From NCBI GenBank assembly GCA_963851265.1, contig CAWKNZ010000002.1, positions 1,536,001 to 1,600,000 on the forward strand: DNA of 64,000 bases. The letters run 5' to 3'. Below, in pieces: positions 50,198 through 60,029 of this stretch. Both the position numbers and the translations under genes were made by a program. The DNA is from an uncultured Gemmatimonadales bacterium (GTDB lineage Bacteria > Gemmatimonadota > Gemmatimonadetes > Gemmatimonadales > Gemmatimonadaceae). Below the pieces are notes generated by a model. That model did no database searches and was not told where the DNA came from. It saw only the letters and a list, made by a program, of their open reading frames with translations. Every line of letters begins with the position of its first letter. The first letter of the stretch is position 1.

Positions 50198-50791
50198 ATG
50201 GCTCTCACCACCCCGACGACGCACGTGCATCCCGCGCCGGTCCCGGCGTCCGACCCCGCCGCACTGCGGGCGCGGTTCGCCGCGGCGCCGACGCTTGAGA
50301 CGTTCCTTCCGACTGCGGTCAAGAACGCCGACCTGTGGCGCACGTCGGCTCGCCTCGCCAAGGTGTCCGACGACCTCGTCGCGCGCGTCGCCGCGCTCGG
50401 CACGCGATTTCACCTGCTGGTGCTCTCGGAGGACTGGTGCGGCGACGCGGTCAACTCGGTGCCGTACGTCGCACGCCTGGCCGAACTGGCGCCGAACCTG
50501 GAGCTGCGCGTGCTCGCGCGCGACGAGAACCTCGACCTGATGGACGACCACCTCACCGGAACCGCTCGCTCGATCCCCGTCGTCCTCGTCTATGACGAGG
50601 GCTGGGCGGAGCGCGGGTGGTGGGGACCGCGCCCGAGCGAACTGCAGGCGTGGGTGATGGGTCCGGGTCAGGCGCTCGAGAAGGATGATCGGTACCGGGA
50701 GGTCCGCACGTGGTACGCGCGCGACCGCGGCGGAAGCACTCTCGCCGAGGTCGTCGCGCTGCTCGAGGCCGCGGCGGCGAGGCCAGTGTAG
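50198..50791 (+). CDS. Thioredoxin-fold protein (WCGD motif, Thioredoxin_9-like)
   Basis: [25 protein letters not shown]. Confidence 0.85.
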   Translation: MALTTPTTHVHPAPVPASDPAALRARFAAAPTLETFLPTAVKNADLWRTSARLAKVSDDLVARVAALGTRFHLLVLSEDWCGDAVNSVPYVARLAELAPNLELRVLARDENLDLMDDHLTGTARSIPVVLVYDEGWAERGWWGPRPSELQAWVMGPGQALEKDDRYREVRTWYARDRGGSTLAEVVALLEAAAARPV

Positions 50792-50946
50792 GGCGTCGCA
50801 CGTCGGTTGGAGGTCCGTCCGGCGGGGACCGCGATCGGAGGACGCGCCTGAGCCCCGTGTCGGTAGCGGTAACGTTGCAGATCGCGGCGCAAGGTGCGGA
50901 GCGGCGTCCGAAGCTGAGGCCGGAACCGGGACGGAACTGCGGCACC

Positions 50947-50971
50947 GGAACCCGCGCACGCCCCCGGCGTA
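50947..50971 (+). promoter_or_regulatory. Putative ECF-sigma promoter upstream of the second ftsH
   Basis: GGAAC-N16-CGTA. Confidence 0.4.
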
Positions 50972-51093
50972 CGACGAACGTTGGATCTGCCACGGGACGG
51001 CCAGCGTTCGGGCGTGACAGCCCCGAGCGGTGCGTCGTCTCGCGGGGGATCGCGTCGAAGTCCGGCGACGCCGAACGTGTCCCGCCCCGCCTC

Positions 51094-53055
51094 ATGCCCT
51101 CTGCCTCGTCCTTCTCCTCGTCAGACCCGGCCGACGCTTCGTCGGGGGCTGATGCTCGCGTCATAACGCCGTCGTCGATCCGGGAGTCGGGGCGCGAGCG
51201 CCGGAACTGGCGCACGCGCGTTCGACTCGACCTGCTCACGCGCAGTGGCGGGCCCGTCCGGTACGGTCTCCTCGCGCTCCTGATCGCGATGGTCGTCGCG
51301 GCGGTGGCGAGCTGGCGCGCGGTGCGCGTCTCGGGGCTGGCTCCCGCGGCCGTCGCGTACTCCGAGCTCGCGGCGCTGATCCAGGCACGGCAGATCGGCG
51401 ACGTGATGGTCGACGCGGCGGGGACGCACGTCGTCGCGCAGTTGCGGGTGCCTGGGGTGGTCCACTTCCACGTCGCCAACGTCGTCACGGCCGCGGTGCC
51501 GGCGCACGCGCTGACCGTCGACGTTCTCGACCGGTGGGCGGCGAGCGGGGCGCGGGTGCGCGTCGCCGACGCGGACCCGATGACGGGCGAGCAGATGGTG
51601 CAGGTCGGCGGACTGTTGCTGCTCATGGGCGTGATCGGGTTCACGCTGCTGCGCCAACGCGGCGGCGCCGCGGCGCGGCGGTTCACGGCCACGCCAACCA
51701 CGCGTCAGCTCACGCTGGACGACGTCGGCGGGGCGCAGGAGGCGCGTGCCGACGTGCGCGACGTGGTCGCCTATCTCAAGGCGCCGGGTCGATTCCGGGC
51801 GATGGGCGCGAAGTGTCCCAAGGGGCTGCTCCTCGTGGGTCCGCCCGGCACGGGCAAGACTCTTCTCGCCCGCGCGATCGCCGGCGAGGCGGGCGTCCCC
51901 GTGATCCAGGCGGCCGGGTCGGATTTCAACGAGATGTACGTGGGTGTCGGCGCCAAGCGGGTGCGGCAGCTCGCGAAGCAGGCCCGCGAGCAGGCGCCGT
52001 GCATCGTGTTCATCGACGAATTCGATTCGTTGGGCGGCCGCCGCGGTCGACCCAACCGATCGGGCGAGGAGGAGGTCACGCTCAACCAGCTGCTCGTCGA
52101 GATGGACGGGATGGCCGGAAGCGAGGGCGTCGTCTGGATGGCCGCGACCAACCGCGAAGACATGCTCGACCCGGCAGTGCGCCGCCCCGGACGGTTCGAC
52201 CGCGTGGTCGAGGTCGCGCTGCCGAGCGCGTCGGACCGCCTCGAGATTCTCAAGATCCACGCGCGCACCGCGAAGCTCGCGCCAGACGTCGACCTGACGC
52301 GCCTCGCCCAGCTCACGGTCGGCCACTCGGGGGCGGAGCTCGCGAACTTGCTCAACGAGGCGGCGATCGTGGCGGTTCAAGACGACGCGACCCTGATCAC
52401 CGCGGCGCACATCGAGCAAGCGCGCGACAAGATCCTGCTCGGCCGCGTGCGCGCCGGCGTCGTCGTCCGTGACGACGAGCGGCGGATGATCGCGCTGCAC
52501 GAGGCGGGGCACGCGGTGGTCGGGCTGATTGCCTGCCCGCAGGACCGGCTGCACAAGGTGACGATCGAGCCGCGCGGGCGGACCATGGGCGCCGCGCACT
52601 TCGCGCCCGATTCCGATCGCCACCTGCACACCCGCCGGTACCTGCTCGGCGTGCTCGCCAAGACGCTCGGCGGTCGCGCGGCCGAGCTCGTGTTCGCCGG
52701 ACCCGAAGAGATTACGTCTGGCGCCGGCGGCGACCTCGTGCAGGCAACGAGCGTCGCGCGACGCATGGTCGCGGACTTCGGGATGAGCGACGAGGTCGGG
52801 CTGGTGAGCGCCGACGCCGCCGCGAACGGCGGCGCCCCGTCGTCGCAGCTGCTCGGACAGATCGACAGCGCGACGCGAGCGTTGATTCGCGCGCAGGCCG
52901 ACCGCGCCGAGGCGCTCGTCCGCGAGCACCGCGCCGCCGTCGAGGCCGTCGCCGATGCGCTCGTCGCGCGAGACGTCCTGAGCGCGGACGACGTGATCGC
53001 GATCGCTGCGGCGCACGGCGTGGTCGTCGCCCAGCAGCCGCTCGTCGCGGCGTAG
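51094..53055 (+). CDS. ftsH: Second FtsH-family AAA+ zinc metalloprotease
   Basis: Two TMs, [41 protein letters not shown]; start uncertain. Confidence 0.9.
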   Translation: MPSASSFSSSDPADASSGADARVITPSSIRESGRERRNWRTRVRLDLLTRSGGPVRYGLLALLIAMVVAAVASWRAVRVSGLAPAAVAYSELAALIQARQIGDVMVDAAGTHVVAQLRVPGVVHFHVANVVTAAVPAHALTVDVLDRWAASGARVRVADADPMTGEQMVQVGGLLLLMGVIGFTLLRQRGGAAARRFTATPTTRQLTLDDVGGAQEARADVRDVVAYLKAPGRFRAMGAKCPKGLLLVGPPGTGKTLLARAIAGEAGVPVIQAAGSDFNEMYVGVGAKRVRQLAKQAREQAPCIVFIDEFDSLGGRRGRPNRSGEEEVTLNQLLVEMDGMAGSEGVVWMAATNREDMLDPAVRRPGRFDRVVEVALPSASDRLEILKIHARTAKLAPDVDLTRLAQLTVGHSGAELANLLNEAAIVAVQDDATLITAAHIEQARDKILLGRVRAGVVVRDDERRMIALHEAGHAVVGLIACPQDRLHKVTIEPRGRTMGAAHFAPDSDRHLHTRRYLLGVLAKTLGGRAAELVFAGPEEITSGAGGDLVQATSVARRMVADFGMSDEVGLVSADAAANGGAPSSQLLGQIDSATRALIRAQADRAEALVREHRAAVEAVADALVARDVLSADDVIAIAAAHGVVVAQQPLVAA

Positions 53056-53109
53056 CGTTCCGCGCGTGCGATGCGGCGGCCTACGCGGCCGTCGCCCGAT
53101 TCGTGAACG

Positions 53110-54501
53110 TCAGCGCCAGAACGGGATCCGGACTGGCGCGGTGTCGCCCGGCGCCGGAGCGCGCCGGGCGGGGTGGACGCCGATCACGTGCTCGCCGCTG
53201 GCGAGGTTCGCCGCGGGAATCAGCATCAAGAACCCGCGACGTTCCGTGCGCGGGTTGGTGAAGAACCGGAACCGGCCGCCCGCGGGTCGGCCGTCGAGCG
53301 TGACCGCGTGGAGTCGCGCGACGCAGGCCAGGATCGCGTCGTCACCGGCCGCTACTCCCGGCGCGTCGTCGTCGTTTTCGGGCGGCCGAAGCGTCGGACA
53401 GACGCGGCGCAGGGCCACGTTGTGGGAGGCGGGCCGATACGGGACGAACAGCCGAACGTACGGGTCGACGATGACGTCGCTCTGGATGCTCGGCAGGGTG
53501 GGCGACGCGTCTGCGGCGCGCATCGAGTCGTACAGGTCGGCCGTGACCACCCCCGGGCGACGTCCGTCGGCGAAGTACGTGTAGTTGAAACGCGCGGGCG
53601 GCGCACCGGGGTCTGCCATCGCCGCGAAGGCCGCCGCGTATGCACCGATGATCCCGACCGACAGCGCCGCGTACGCGACGCGCCGGTTGAGGTTGCTGGT
53701 GAGCACGGCGCCGAGCGAACGCACGCCGTCGGGCGTTAGCGCACCCGCAGCGCGGAGCACCATGCGCACGAAGCGCTCGGGCCGTCCGCCCGGTGCGAGG
53801 TGCGCGCCGCGGCGGATGTCCGTGATCGCCGCCCCGAGCACCGCGATCAACGCGCTGGCGGTGAGGACGCCGAACACGATGAGCGCCGCCTTTACCGGGA
53901 GTGCGACCGAGAGCAAGCCCATGACGACGACGATCGCGGCGAGCAGTCCGAAGCTGGACGCCACCGCGGCCGCCAGGAAGAACCCGGTCGCGAACACCAG
54001 GCTCGCGGCGTCGTTCGCTCGCCCGATAAACGAGGGTAGGGGGCGGACGCGAGGGCGCATGATCTCGGTCTGGATGCGACCGTATTCGCGCTGCTTGTCC
54101 CATCGGACGCCGTGCGGAAACACGGCGTTCACGCCGACGAGCGCCACCCAGTAGCCACGAAGCGCGAGCGCGACCGTGAAGCAGATGATGAGCGCATAGA
54201 GCGCGGCGAGCACCGCCTGCGCCAAGGTTCGCCCGGCGACCGCAGCGGCGAGCGACAGGTGCGGCTCCCAGTGGTGCCAGATGCCCTGCAACCACGGCGG
54301 GATCTGGAACAGCCCGACGAGGACGATCCCCGTGACGAGCAGTTCGAGCTCCCACGCCGGGCTCACGACCTGCGCGTCGACGCTGACAAGCCTCACCTCG
54401 GTCGGCTCGGGCGGCGCCTCGGCGACGGTGTCGGGCGGTTCTCCCGCACCGCGCGGCGGCGCGTACCCGGCGGCGCCGCCTGGGCGCGGCGGCGCGCTCA
54501 C
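53110..54501 (-). CDS. Hypothetical multi-pass membrane protein
   Basis: GTG overlaps the peptidase TGA; SPAWELELLVTG, RGYWVALVG; about 6 TMs and a soluble C-terminal domain. Confidence 0.75.
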   Translation of the reverse strand: MSAPPRPGGAAGYAPPRGAGEPPDTVAEAPPEPTEVRLVSVDAQVVSPAWELELLVTGIVLVGLFQIPPWLQGIWHHWEPHLSLAAAVAGRTLAQAVLAALYALIICFTVALALRGYWVALVGVNAVFPHGVRWDKQREYGRIQTEIMRPRVRPLPSFIGRANDAASLVFATGFFLAAAVASSFGLLAAIVVVMGLLSVALPVKAALIVFGVLTASALIAVLGAAITDIRRGAHLAPGGRPERFVRMVLRAAGALTPDGVRSLGAVLTSNLNRRVAYAALSVGIIGAYAAAFAAMADPGAPPARFNYTYFADGRRPGVVTADLYDSMRAADASPTLPSIQSDVIVDPYVRLFVPYRPASHNVALRRVCPTLRPPENDDDAPGVAAGDDAILACVARLHAVTLDGRPAGGRFRFFTNPRTERRGFLMLIPAANLASGEHVIGVHPARRAPAPGDTAPVRIPFWR

Positions 54502-56819
54502 CGCACGGGTGCAGTCGACGCCGTGCGCGCCGACGCGCCGCCCGCGAGCCAGTAGCCGAACCACTGCCGTAGACGGCCCAACCGATCGGCGAGCAGCCAC
54601 GGCTCGCCGCTGCGCGACAACTCGTGCGTACTGCGTGGGTAGCGGACGAACTCGGCCGGTACACCGCGCTTGCGCAGCGACTCGAACCACATCTCCGCGT
54701 TGCCCATCGGCGTGCGGAAGTCGTCCTCGCTCTGCACCAGCAGGGTCGGCGTGCGTACGCGCGCGACGTGGCGCACCGGCGAGAGCGAGTCGTACATCGC
54801 CTGGTTGTCCCACGGCTTGCCGTAGAATTCGAATTCGGTGAGCCCCTGAGCGTCGCTCGCGCCGTACCAGTAGGTCCAGTCGCTGATCATCCGGTCGACC
54901 TGCGCCGCGCGGAAGCGATTCGTCTTCGTCGTGATCCAGGCAGTCATGAAGCCGCCGTACGAGCCGCCGGTGACGCCCATACGCGTGCTGTCGACGTCGG
55001 GCCGCCGCGCGGCCAGGTCGACGGCGTTCATCAGGTCCTGATAGTCCTCCGCACCCCACCGGCCGCGCGTTGCGTACGTGAAGTCGCCGCCGTAGCCGGT
55101 CGACCCGCGCGGGTTGATGTACAGCACCATCATCCCCGCCCCGGCCAGGTTCTGGAACTCGTCGAACCAGTTCTCGCCGTAGTTGGAATGCGGGCCGCCG
55201 TGGATATAAAGCACGAGCGGGTAGCGGCGGGTGCTGTCGTATTCGAACGGCTTCATGATCCAGCCTTCGATCGGCAGCCCGCCCACGCTCGCGAAGGTGA
55301 ACCGCTCGGCGTCGCTGAACGCCACCTCGCGTCGGAGCGCGTCGTTGAAGTTCGTGAGGCGTCGTTCGCCGGTCCCGTCGGCGTTCGCCGCGAAGAGTTC
55401 GGTGGGCGTCGTCGGCCCGGTCGCGACGTAGGCGACGACGTGCGCGGCGGTGTCGACGGTGAGGCCGCTCAGTCTGCGACGTCCGCCGATCACTTCGCGG
55501 ACCCCGCCGCCGCCGGAGCCGACCCGGTAGAGCGCCGTGCGGCCACCCACCTGCGCGCTCATCAGGAGCAGGCGGTCCGACGCCCACGCGAACTGCTCGG
55601 GCTCGTAGCGGAACTCGCCTAACAGATCGCGGACGCGCCCGCTCGCCACGTCGACCGTCGCGAGCCGCGCGGACTTCGTCCGGCCGGGGTGCCAGACGAA
55701 CGCGACCGTCCGTCCGTCGGGCGACCATGCGAGTTGCGCCTCGCTGCCCGGGAGCGCGGCGAGCTTTCGCGGCTCGGCGCTGCCGTCAACCGGAACGACG
55801 TAGATGTCGACGTCATCGCGGTCGACGTCGTCGCGGGCGCGATCGTAGGGCAGGCGCGCGAGCGAGTCGCGCGTGGCCTGTACGAGCGAGTCGCTGCGGA
55901 GTGCGGAATCCCCCACGAACGCGATGAGGCGCCCATCGGGAGAGAGCGCGGCATCGCGATGCGCGTAGGCCGTCGTCGTCAGGACACGCCGCGCGGTGTC
56001 GCCAGGGCTCCACGCATACAGTTGCGCCGGGTGCGCGCGCGGCGATCCCGCCGGGTTGGGGACGAATCCGCGGTCGTTGCTCTTGTACGGGATTTCGTCG
56101 AAGTGACGCCCGTCGAAGCGGCGCGCGTCGATGGGTTGCGTCACCGCGCCGAACGGGGGCCGAGAGACAGCCTGCCGAGCGGCGGCGTTGGCTGGCGTCC
56201 GGCCGGCAGTCCCGGCGCGTGCGGCACCGCGCCCGGTCGAGTCGGTCGGCGGGAGCTCGGCGCGCGCCGTGTCGGAGGTCGGGCGCGTGCTGTCCGACCA
56301 CACGGCGAGGCGGCCGTCGCGCGACCAACTCGCGCCCGCGGGCGGTGCCGACGCAACGCGAATCGGCGCCCCGCCGGCGCTGTCGGGCGAGACCGCGTAC
56401 GTCGCGGCCACGCCGCGCCGTGGCGCGACGCTCACGTACAGGGTTCCGTTCGGGGAGAAACGCGGCGCGGTGACGTCGACGGAGTCTCCGAACCGCAGCC
56501 GCGTCGGCGTACCCGCGCCCGCCGGAACGAGCCAGACTTCGGAGCGGCGCCGGTTCTCCGCCTGGACGACGCGGGTAACGACGACCGCGACGCGCGCTCC
56601 GTCGGGCGACGCCGCCGGAGCAGCGAGCGTCGCGATCTCGTAGGTGTCCGTCGGGCGGAACGCGCGGCGTGCGAGCGACCGGAGCGAGTCGGGCGCGGCC
56701 GACGCGACACGCGGCGCGGGCGCCTGCGCGCGGACCGCGGGCGCATACGCGCCGACCGCGGCGACGGTCAGGACGGTCGCGCGAACGACACGCGAGGGGT
56801 GTGAGAAGGACGGGCGCAT
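54498..56819 (-). CDS. Secreted S9 family (prolyl oligopeptidase/acylaminoacyl) peptidase
   Basis: Signal peptide, propeller repeats (SPDG), IHGGP, GGSYGG, EDDFR, THELSRSG. Confidence 0.93.
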   Translation of the reverse strand: MRPSFSHPSRVVRATVLTVAAVGAYAPAVRAQAPAPRVASAAPDSLRSLARRAFRPTDTYEIATLAAPAASPDGARVAVVVTRVVQAENRRRSEVWLVPAGAGTPTRLRFGDSVDVTAPRFSPNGTLYVSVAPRRGVAATYAVSPDSAGGAPIRVASAPPAGASWSRDGRLAVWSDSTRPTSDTARAELPPTDSTGRGAARAGTAGRTPANAAARQAVSRPPFGAVTQPIDARRFDGRHFDEIPYKSNDRGFVPNPAGSPRAHPAQLYAWSPGDTARRVLTTTAYAHRDAALSPDGRLIAFVGDSALRSDSLVQATRDSLARLPYDRARDDVDRDDVDIYVVPVDGSAEPRKLAALPGSEAQLAWSPDGRTVAFVWHPGRTKSARLATVDVASGRVRDLLGEFRYEPEQFAWASDRLLLMSAQVGGRTALYRVGSGGGGVREVIGGRRRLSGLTVDTAAHVVAYVATGPTTPTELFAANADGTGERRLTNFNDALRREVAFSDAERFTFASVGGLPIEGWIMKPFEYDSTRRYPLVLYIHGGPHSNYGENWFDEFQNLAGAGMMVLYINPRGSTGYGGDFTYATRGRWGAEDYQDLMNAVDLAARRPDVDSTRMGVTGGSYGGFMTAWITTKTNRFRAAQVDRMISDWTYWYGASDAQGLTEFEFYGKPWDNQAMYDSLSPVRHVARVRTPTLLVQSEDDFRTPMGNAEMWFESLRKRGVPAEFVRYPRSTHELSRSGEPWLLADRLGRLRQWFGYWLAGGASARTASTAPVR

Positions 56820-56892
56820 CGAAAATATTGCCGAGGACGGTGTCGACGAATCGACGTGCGGAACCATCTGCAGGATAGACCCGGCGCGGGCT

Positions 56893-56919
56893 GGAACCGC
56901 CACCCCGAACGTGTGTATT
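56893..56919 (+). promoter_or_regulatory. Putative ECF-type promoter for the structured RNA
   Basis: GGAAC-N16-TGTA(TT), same spacing as the element at 50947. Confidence 0.35.
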
Positions 56920-56993
56920 TTGCGTTGTCGCCGCGCCCTGACGTGGCGACGGTCAACGCCCCATGTACCACCCGAATCCGAGGAGGTGATCCA

Positions 56994-57038
56994 TTGTCTA
57001 CTGCCTGTAGTTTCACCCGGATCGCCCGAGTCGCGTAA
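56994..57038 (+). CDS. Putative 14-aa peptide MSTACSFTRIARVA
   Basis: TTG directly after the extended SD; TAA stop sits in a hairpin loop. Confidence 0.4.
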   Translation: MSTACSFTRIARVA

Positions 57039-57117
57039 CGACTCAGGCAACCGCCGGCGGTCCGGGTGGACAGGCCGGAGTGAGGCATCGGAGTTCTTGA
57101 CTCCGGTGCCTCACGAG

Positions 57118-57157
57118 GAAAGGGCTCTCGGCTTGGCGGCCGAGGGCCCTTTTCGTT
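57118..57157 (+). terminator. Rho-independent terminator
   Basis: gaaagggctctcggc-ttggcg-gccgagggcccttttcgtt. Confidence 0.8.
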
Positions 57158-57356
57158 CCCAGGTGCCGTTCATCGCCACCGTTCGACCGGCGGAGCGACG
57201 CCGCTACGCTCCGGCGCGCACCTCATGATCGTACGTGAGGCACGACTTCCGCCACTTATGCGCAGCCGGTAGCATTGCACCGCGAGCGCTCGCGTCGGCG
57301 CGCTCGGCACGTTCCTTCCCTGCGCCGCGCGTCCGCGCAACTCCCGGCTCCCTCGG

Positions 57357-59165
57357 TTGCTCCTCGGCTCGCGCGCGAACGTGCTTCGTCCGGCGGCCGC
57401 CTGGCGCCTGTGCCTCCCGGCGTTCGTCGCCGTGTCGGCCGGTCGCGCCGCCGCGCAGGGCCGTGCGCCGACCGGAGCCGCGGCCAACGCGGAGTCCGGG
57501 CCCGCGTCGCCCGCTCGCGACGCGGCGAACTCCGTATGTCGGCGGATCGAGAGTCGCACGAACTTGGCCGAACTCTCGGGACGTACGATCAGCTCGATCG
57601 ACGTCACGACCGGCGGACCGCGGTCCTCGCGGCTGCCGTGGCTCGCCCGACTGAGCAGTCGTGCGCACGTGCGAACGCAGCAGACGACGCTCCGCCGGTT
57701 CATCCTCGTCGCACCCACCGACACCGTCGACACCCTGCGCGTCGCGGAGTCGTTACGACGCCTTCGGCGCCTGAGCTACCTCGACGACGTGCTGCTCGTC
57801 GGCTCGGATTGCGGGGCGAGCACGCCGGTGGCCCTCACGCTCGTCGCGCGCGACGCGATGTCGTTCAGGCCGGACGTGCGGTTCAATTCCGCGACGCCGG
57901 TCAACGGGGCGACCGGAACCGCGACGGCGTCACCGAGCAGCTACAGCGTCGGGTTCAGCGAACGGAACCTCCTCGGTACGGGACGCGACGTTCGGGCGGC
58001 CGCCGTCGGCGCCGAACGCCGGAATGGCTTCGTGCTCGCGGCCGGCGACCCCACGGTGTTGGGGTCGCTCTATGGCGTTCGCGCCCGGTTGGCGCGCAAT
58101 CCGCTCGAGAACGCAACAGCGTTCAGCGTCCGCCCGCCTGACCGCGAGCTCGCCGAAGAGTGGCGCGGCGAGTTCTTCGTCGCCAGCACACGGCGCGCGG
58201 GTGCGGCCGCGCGCGGCGCGAGCTTCGCACGGGCGGGCGGACAGGGGCTGCTCGCTCGGCGAATCACGACGGACAACGGAATCGGCGCGGCGACGTTTCT
58301 GGTCGCCGGCGCGGAAGCGGAGCGGACGCGGCTACTCGCCGGACCCAACGCCATTCTCGGCGGCCCATCGAGCGTGCGGCGCGACTTCGCCGGCATCGAC
58401 GTAGGCGCCGGGCGCTATGCCGAGCAGTACCGCGCGGTGTCGTGGCTCCTGCCCGATGCGCGCGTGGTCGACGTGCCACGCGGAATCGAAGGCGAGTTGA
58501 TCGTCGGGCTCGGGCGTGATCGGGCACTCGGCAGGTCGACGTCGCACATGGACCTGTGGTCGGGCCGCATGTGGCTGCCGAGCGCGGGAACACTCGCGGT
58601 CGCCGACGTGTGGGGGAGCGGCTACGTGCACCCCGGCGCGACGGTGATGGGGTCGGCGGTGTCCGGCGGGTCGGCGCGCGCCTCGCTGGCCGGCGTCGCG
58701 CGTCAGCGCGGCGGGTATTTCTACACGCGCATCGCCGCGGAGCGCTTGCTCGCACCGGATCCGGACCAGCAGGCGTTGCTCGGGTTCGATCCGACGGTAC
58801 GCATGGTGCCGACGCGCACGCGGCTCGCGAACACCGCTGTCGCCGCGCTCGTCGAGCGCGACTGGCGCGTCGTCAGCCGCCTCGCGCGCATCAACGTCGA
58901 TCTCGCCGGGTTTGGCGCGGCTTCGTACCGCACGTCGGAACGCATGCCGAGTCGCGACGGCAACGACGACGTGAACGATTTCTCGACCGCGGTGGGCGCC
59001 GGCATCCATGCGGTGCCCAACGCCCTGGGCCGTCCGGCGCTTCGACTCGACTTCGTCATCCCTGTCACGCACGCCGTCGGAGGACGGTCGAATCCCTACC
59101 TCGCCGCGTCGGTCACACCGTGGATCCTGTTCGACCGCTACCGCGACGGCAGGCGCGGCCGGTGA
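57357..59165 (+). CDS. Putative outer-membrane beta-barrel protein with POTRA-like N-terminus
   Basis: Signal peptide; HVRTQQTTLRRFIL…AESLRRLRRLSYL (POTRA-like), SERNLLGTG, alternating beta-strands; start uncertain. Confidence 0.65.
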   Translation: MLLGSRANVLRPAAAWRLCLPAFVAVSAGRAAAQGRAPTGAAANAESGPASPARDAANSVCRRIESRTNLAELSGRTISSIDVTTGGPRSSRLPWLARLSSRAHVRTQQTTLRRFILVAPTDTVDTLRVAESLRRLRRLSYLDDVLLVGSDCGASTPVALTLVARDAMSFRPDVRFNSATPVNGATGTATASPSSYSVGFSERNLLGTGRDVRAAAVGAERRNGFVLAAGDPTVLGSLYGVRARLARNPLENATAFSVRPPDRELAEEWRGEFFVASTRRAGAAARGASFARAGGQGLLARRITTDNGIGAATFLVAGAEAERTRLLAGPNAILGGPSSVRRDFAGIDVGAGRYAEQYRAVSWLLPDARVVDVPRGIEGELIVGLGRDRALGRSTSHMDLWSGRMWLPSAGTLAVADVWGSGYVHPGATVMGSAVSGGSARASLAGVARQRGGYFYTRIAAERLLAPDPDQQALLGFDPTVRMVPTRTRLANTAVAALVERDWRVVSRLARINVDLAGFGAASYRTSERMPSRDGNDDVNDFSTAVGAGIHAVPNALGRPALRLDFVIPVTHAVGGRSNPYLAASVTPWILFDRYRDGRRGR

Positions 59166-59219
59166 GCCGCCCGGCGCGGCGATGAACGGAACCCGCCCGC
59201 CGGAGTAGCAGCTTCGATC

Positions 59220-60029
59220 ATGATGCGTGCAATACTGAGATCCGCGGGCGGACTCGCACTGGCGAGTCTGCTCGGCGGCTGTTTCCTCATCACGGCGCTC
59301 AGGCCGGGTGCGAAGGCCCCGTTCCACCCGCCGGATCCCGCGCTCCAGCGCGCACCGCTCTACTTCTATCCGGCGCGCGACACGACCCAGCCGCCGCACG
59401 CCGTGGTGTTCTTCTTCGGCAACGACGTCGGATTCTGGGCGGCGCATCAGCGCCTCGCGGAGCTGCTGAGTCGCGACGGATATTCGGTGATCGGCTTCGA
59501 CGTGAAGCGCGAGCTCGACCACCTGCCCGACGGGCCGACGCGCGAGGCGGTCTACCTCGCGCGCGTCGATTCGCTGCTGTCGCACGGACGCGCGGCACTC
59601 GGAGCGAGCGATCGCCCGCTCGTCATCGCCGGACACTCGATCGGCGCGGAGATCGCCCTCTGGACGGCCGCGCACCTGCGCGCGCCGGCTCTGGTGCCCG
59701 GGCTCGTCGGGGTCGTCGCGATGAGCCCGGGACAGCGCGGGCACCTGCGCACGGGGCTCTCCGACCTGCGGGGCGAGGAGCCGCACGAGCGTGGAAGCTT
59801 CGCGATCGATTCGCAGGTCGCGCTCCTGTCGCCGCGCATCCGCGTCGCGCTCGTGCGCGGCGAACTCGACGGATTTCGCTACGCCGACTCCGGACTCGTC
59901 GCGGCCGGGGCGAAGTTCTTTCTCGTGCCCAAGCAGCACCATTCGCTGAAGGGCATCACCGCGGCAGGGCCGGTCGTGCGCGCCGCGCTGCAGTACGCGA
60001 CGCATCGGGACACGGTGGCGACCCGATGA
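59220..60029 (+). CDS. AcvB/VirJ-like alpha/beta hydrolase, possible lipoprotein
   Basis: LLGGC lipobox-like sequence; FFGNDVGFW, GHSIG nucleophile elbow, C-terminal HH. Confidence 0.6.
   Translation: MMRAILRSAGGLALASLLGGCFLITALRPGAKAPFHPPDPALQRAPLYFYPARDTTQPPHAVVFFFGNDVGFWAAHQRLAELLSRDGYSVIGFDVKRELDHLPDGPTREAVYLARVDSLLSHGRAALGASDRPLVIAGHSIGAEIALWTAAHLRAPALVPGLVGVVAMSPGQRGHLRTGLSDLRGEEPHERGSFAIDSQVALLSPRIRVALVRGELDGFRYADSGLVAAGAKFFLVPKQHHSLKGITAAGPVVRAALQYATHRDTVATR

Larger units (their letters stand above)
56922..57157 (+). ncRNA. Unassigned highly structured RNA / small-ORF mRNA
   Basis: Four consecutive stem-loop domains, a 13-nt complement of the 16S 3' end (AGGAGGTGATCCA, 56981-56993) and a terminal terminator. 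Confidence 0.6.

Noticed and set aside
56981..56993. 16S rRNA gene fragment on the minus strand (TGGATCACCTCCT)
   Set aside because: The match is only 13 nt and the flanks do not continue into 16S sequence; better read as an extended SD on the + strand.
56890..57000. c-di-AMP (ydaO) riboswitch, suggested by GGAACC and CCCGAATCCG and by cdaA in the window
   Set aside because: The conserved GGGGTGAAT and CAGCTAAC segments are missing and the element order does not fit.
56922..57157. tmRNA, SRP RNA, 6S RNA or RNase P RNA
   Set aside because: No tRNA-like ends or T-arm, no SRP GGAA-loop motif, no single long rod with a central bubble, and no RNase P conserved sequences.
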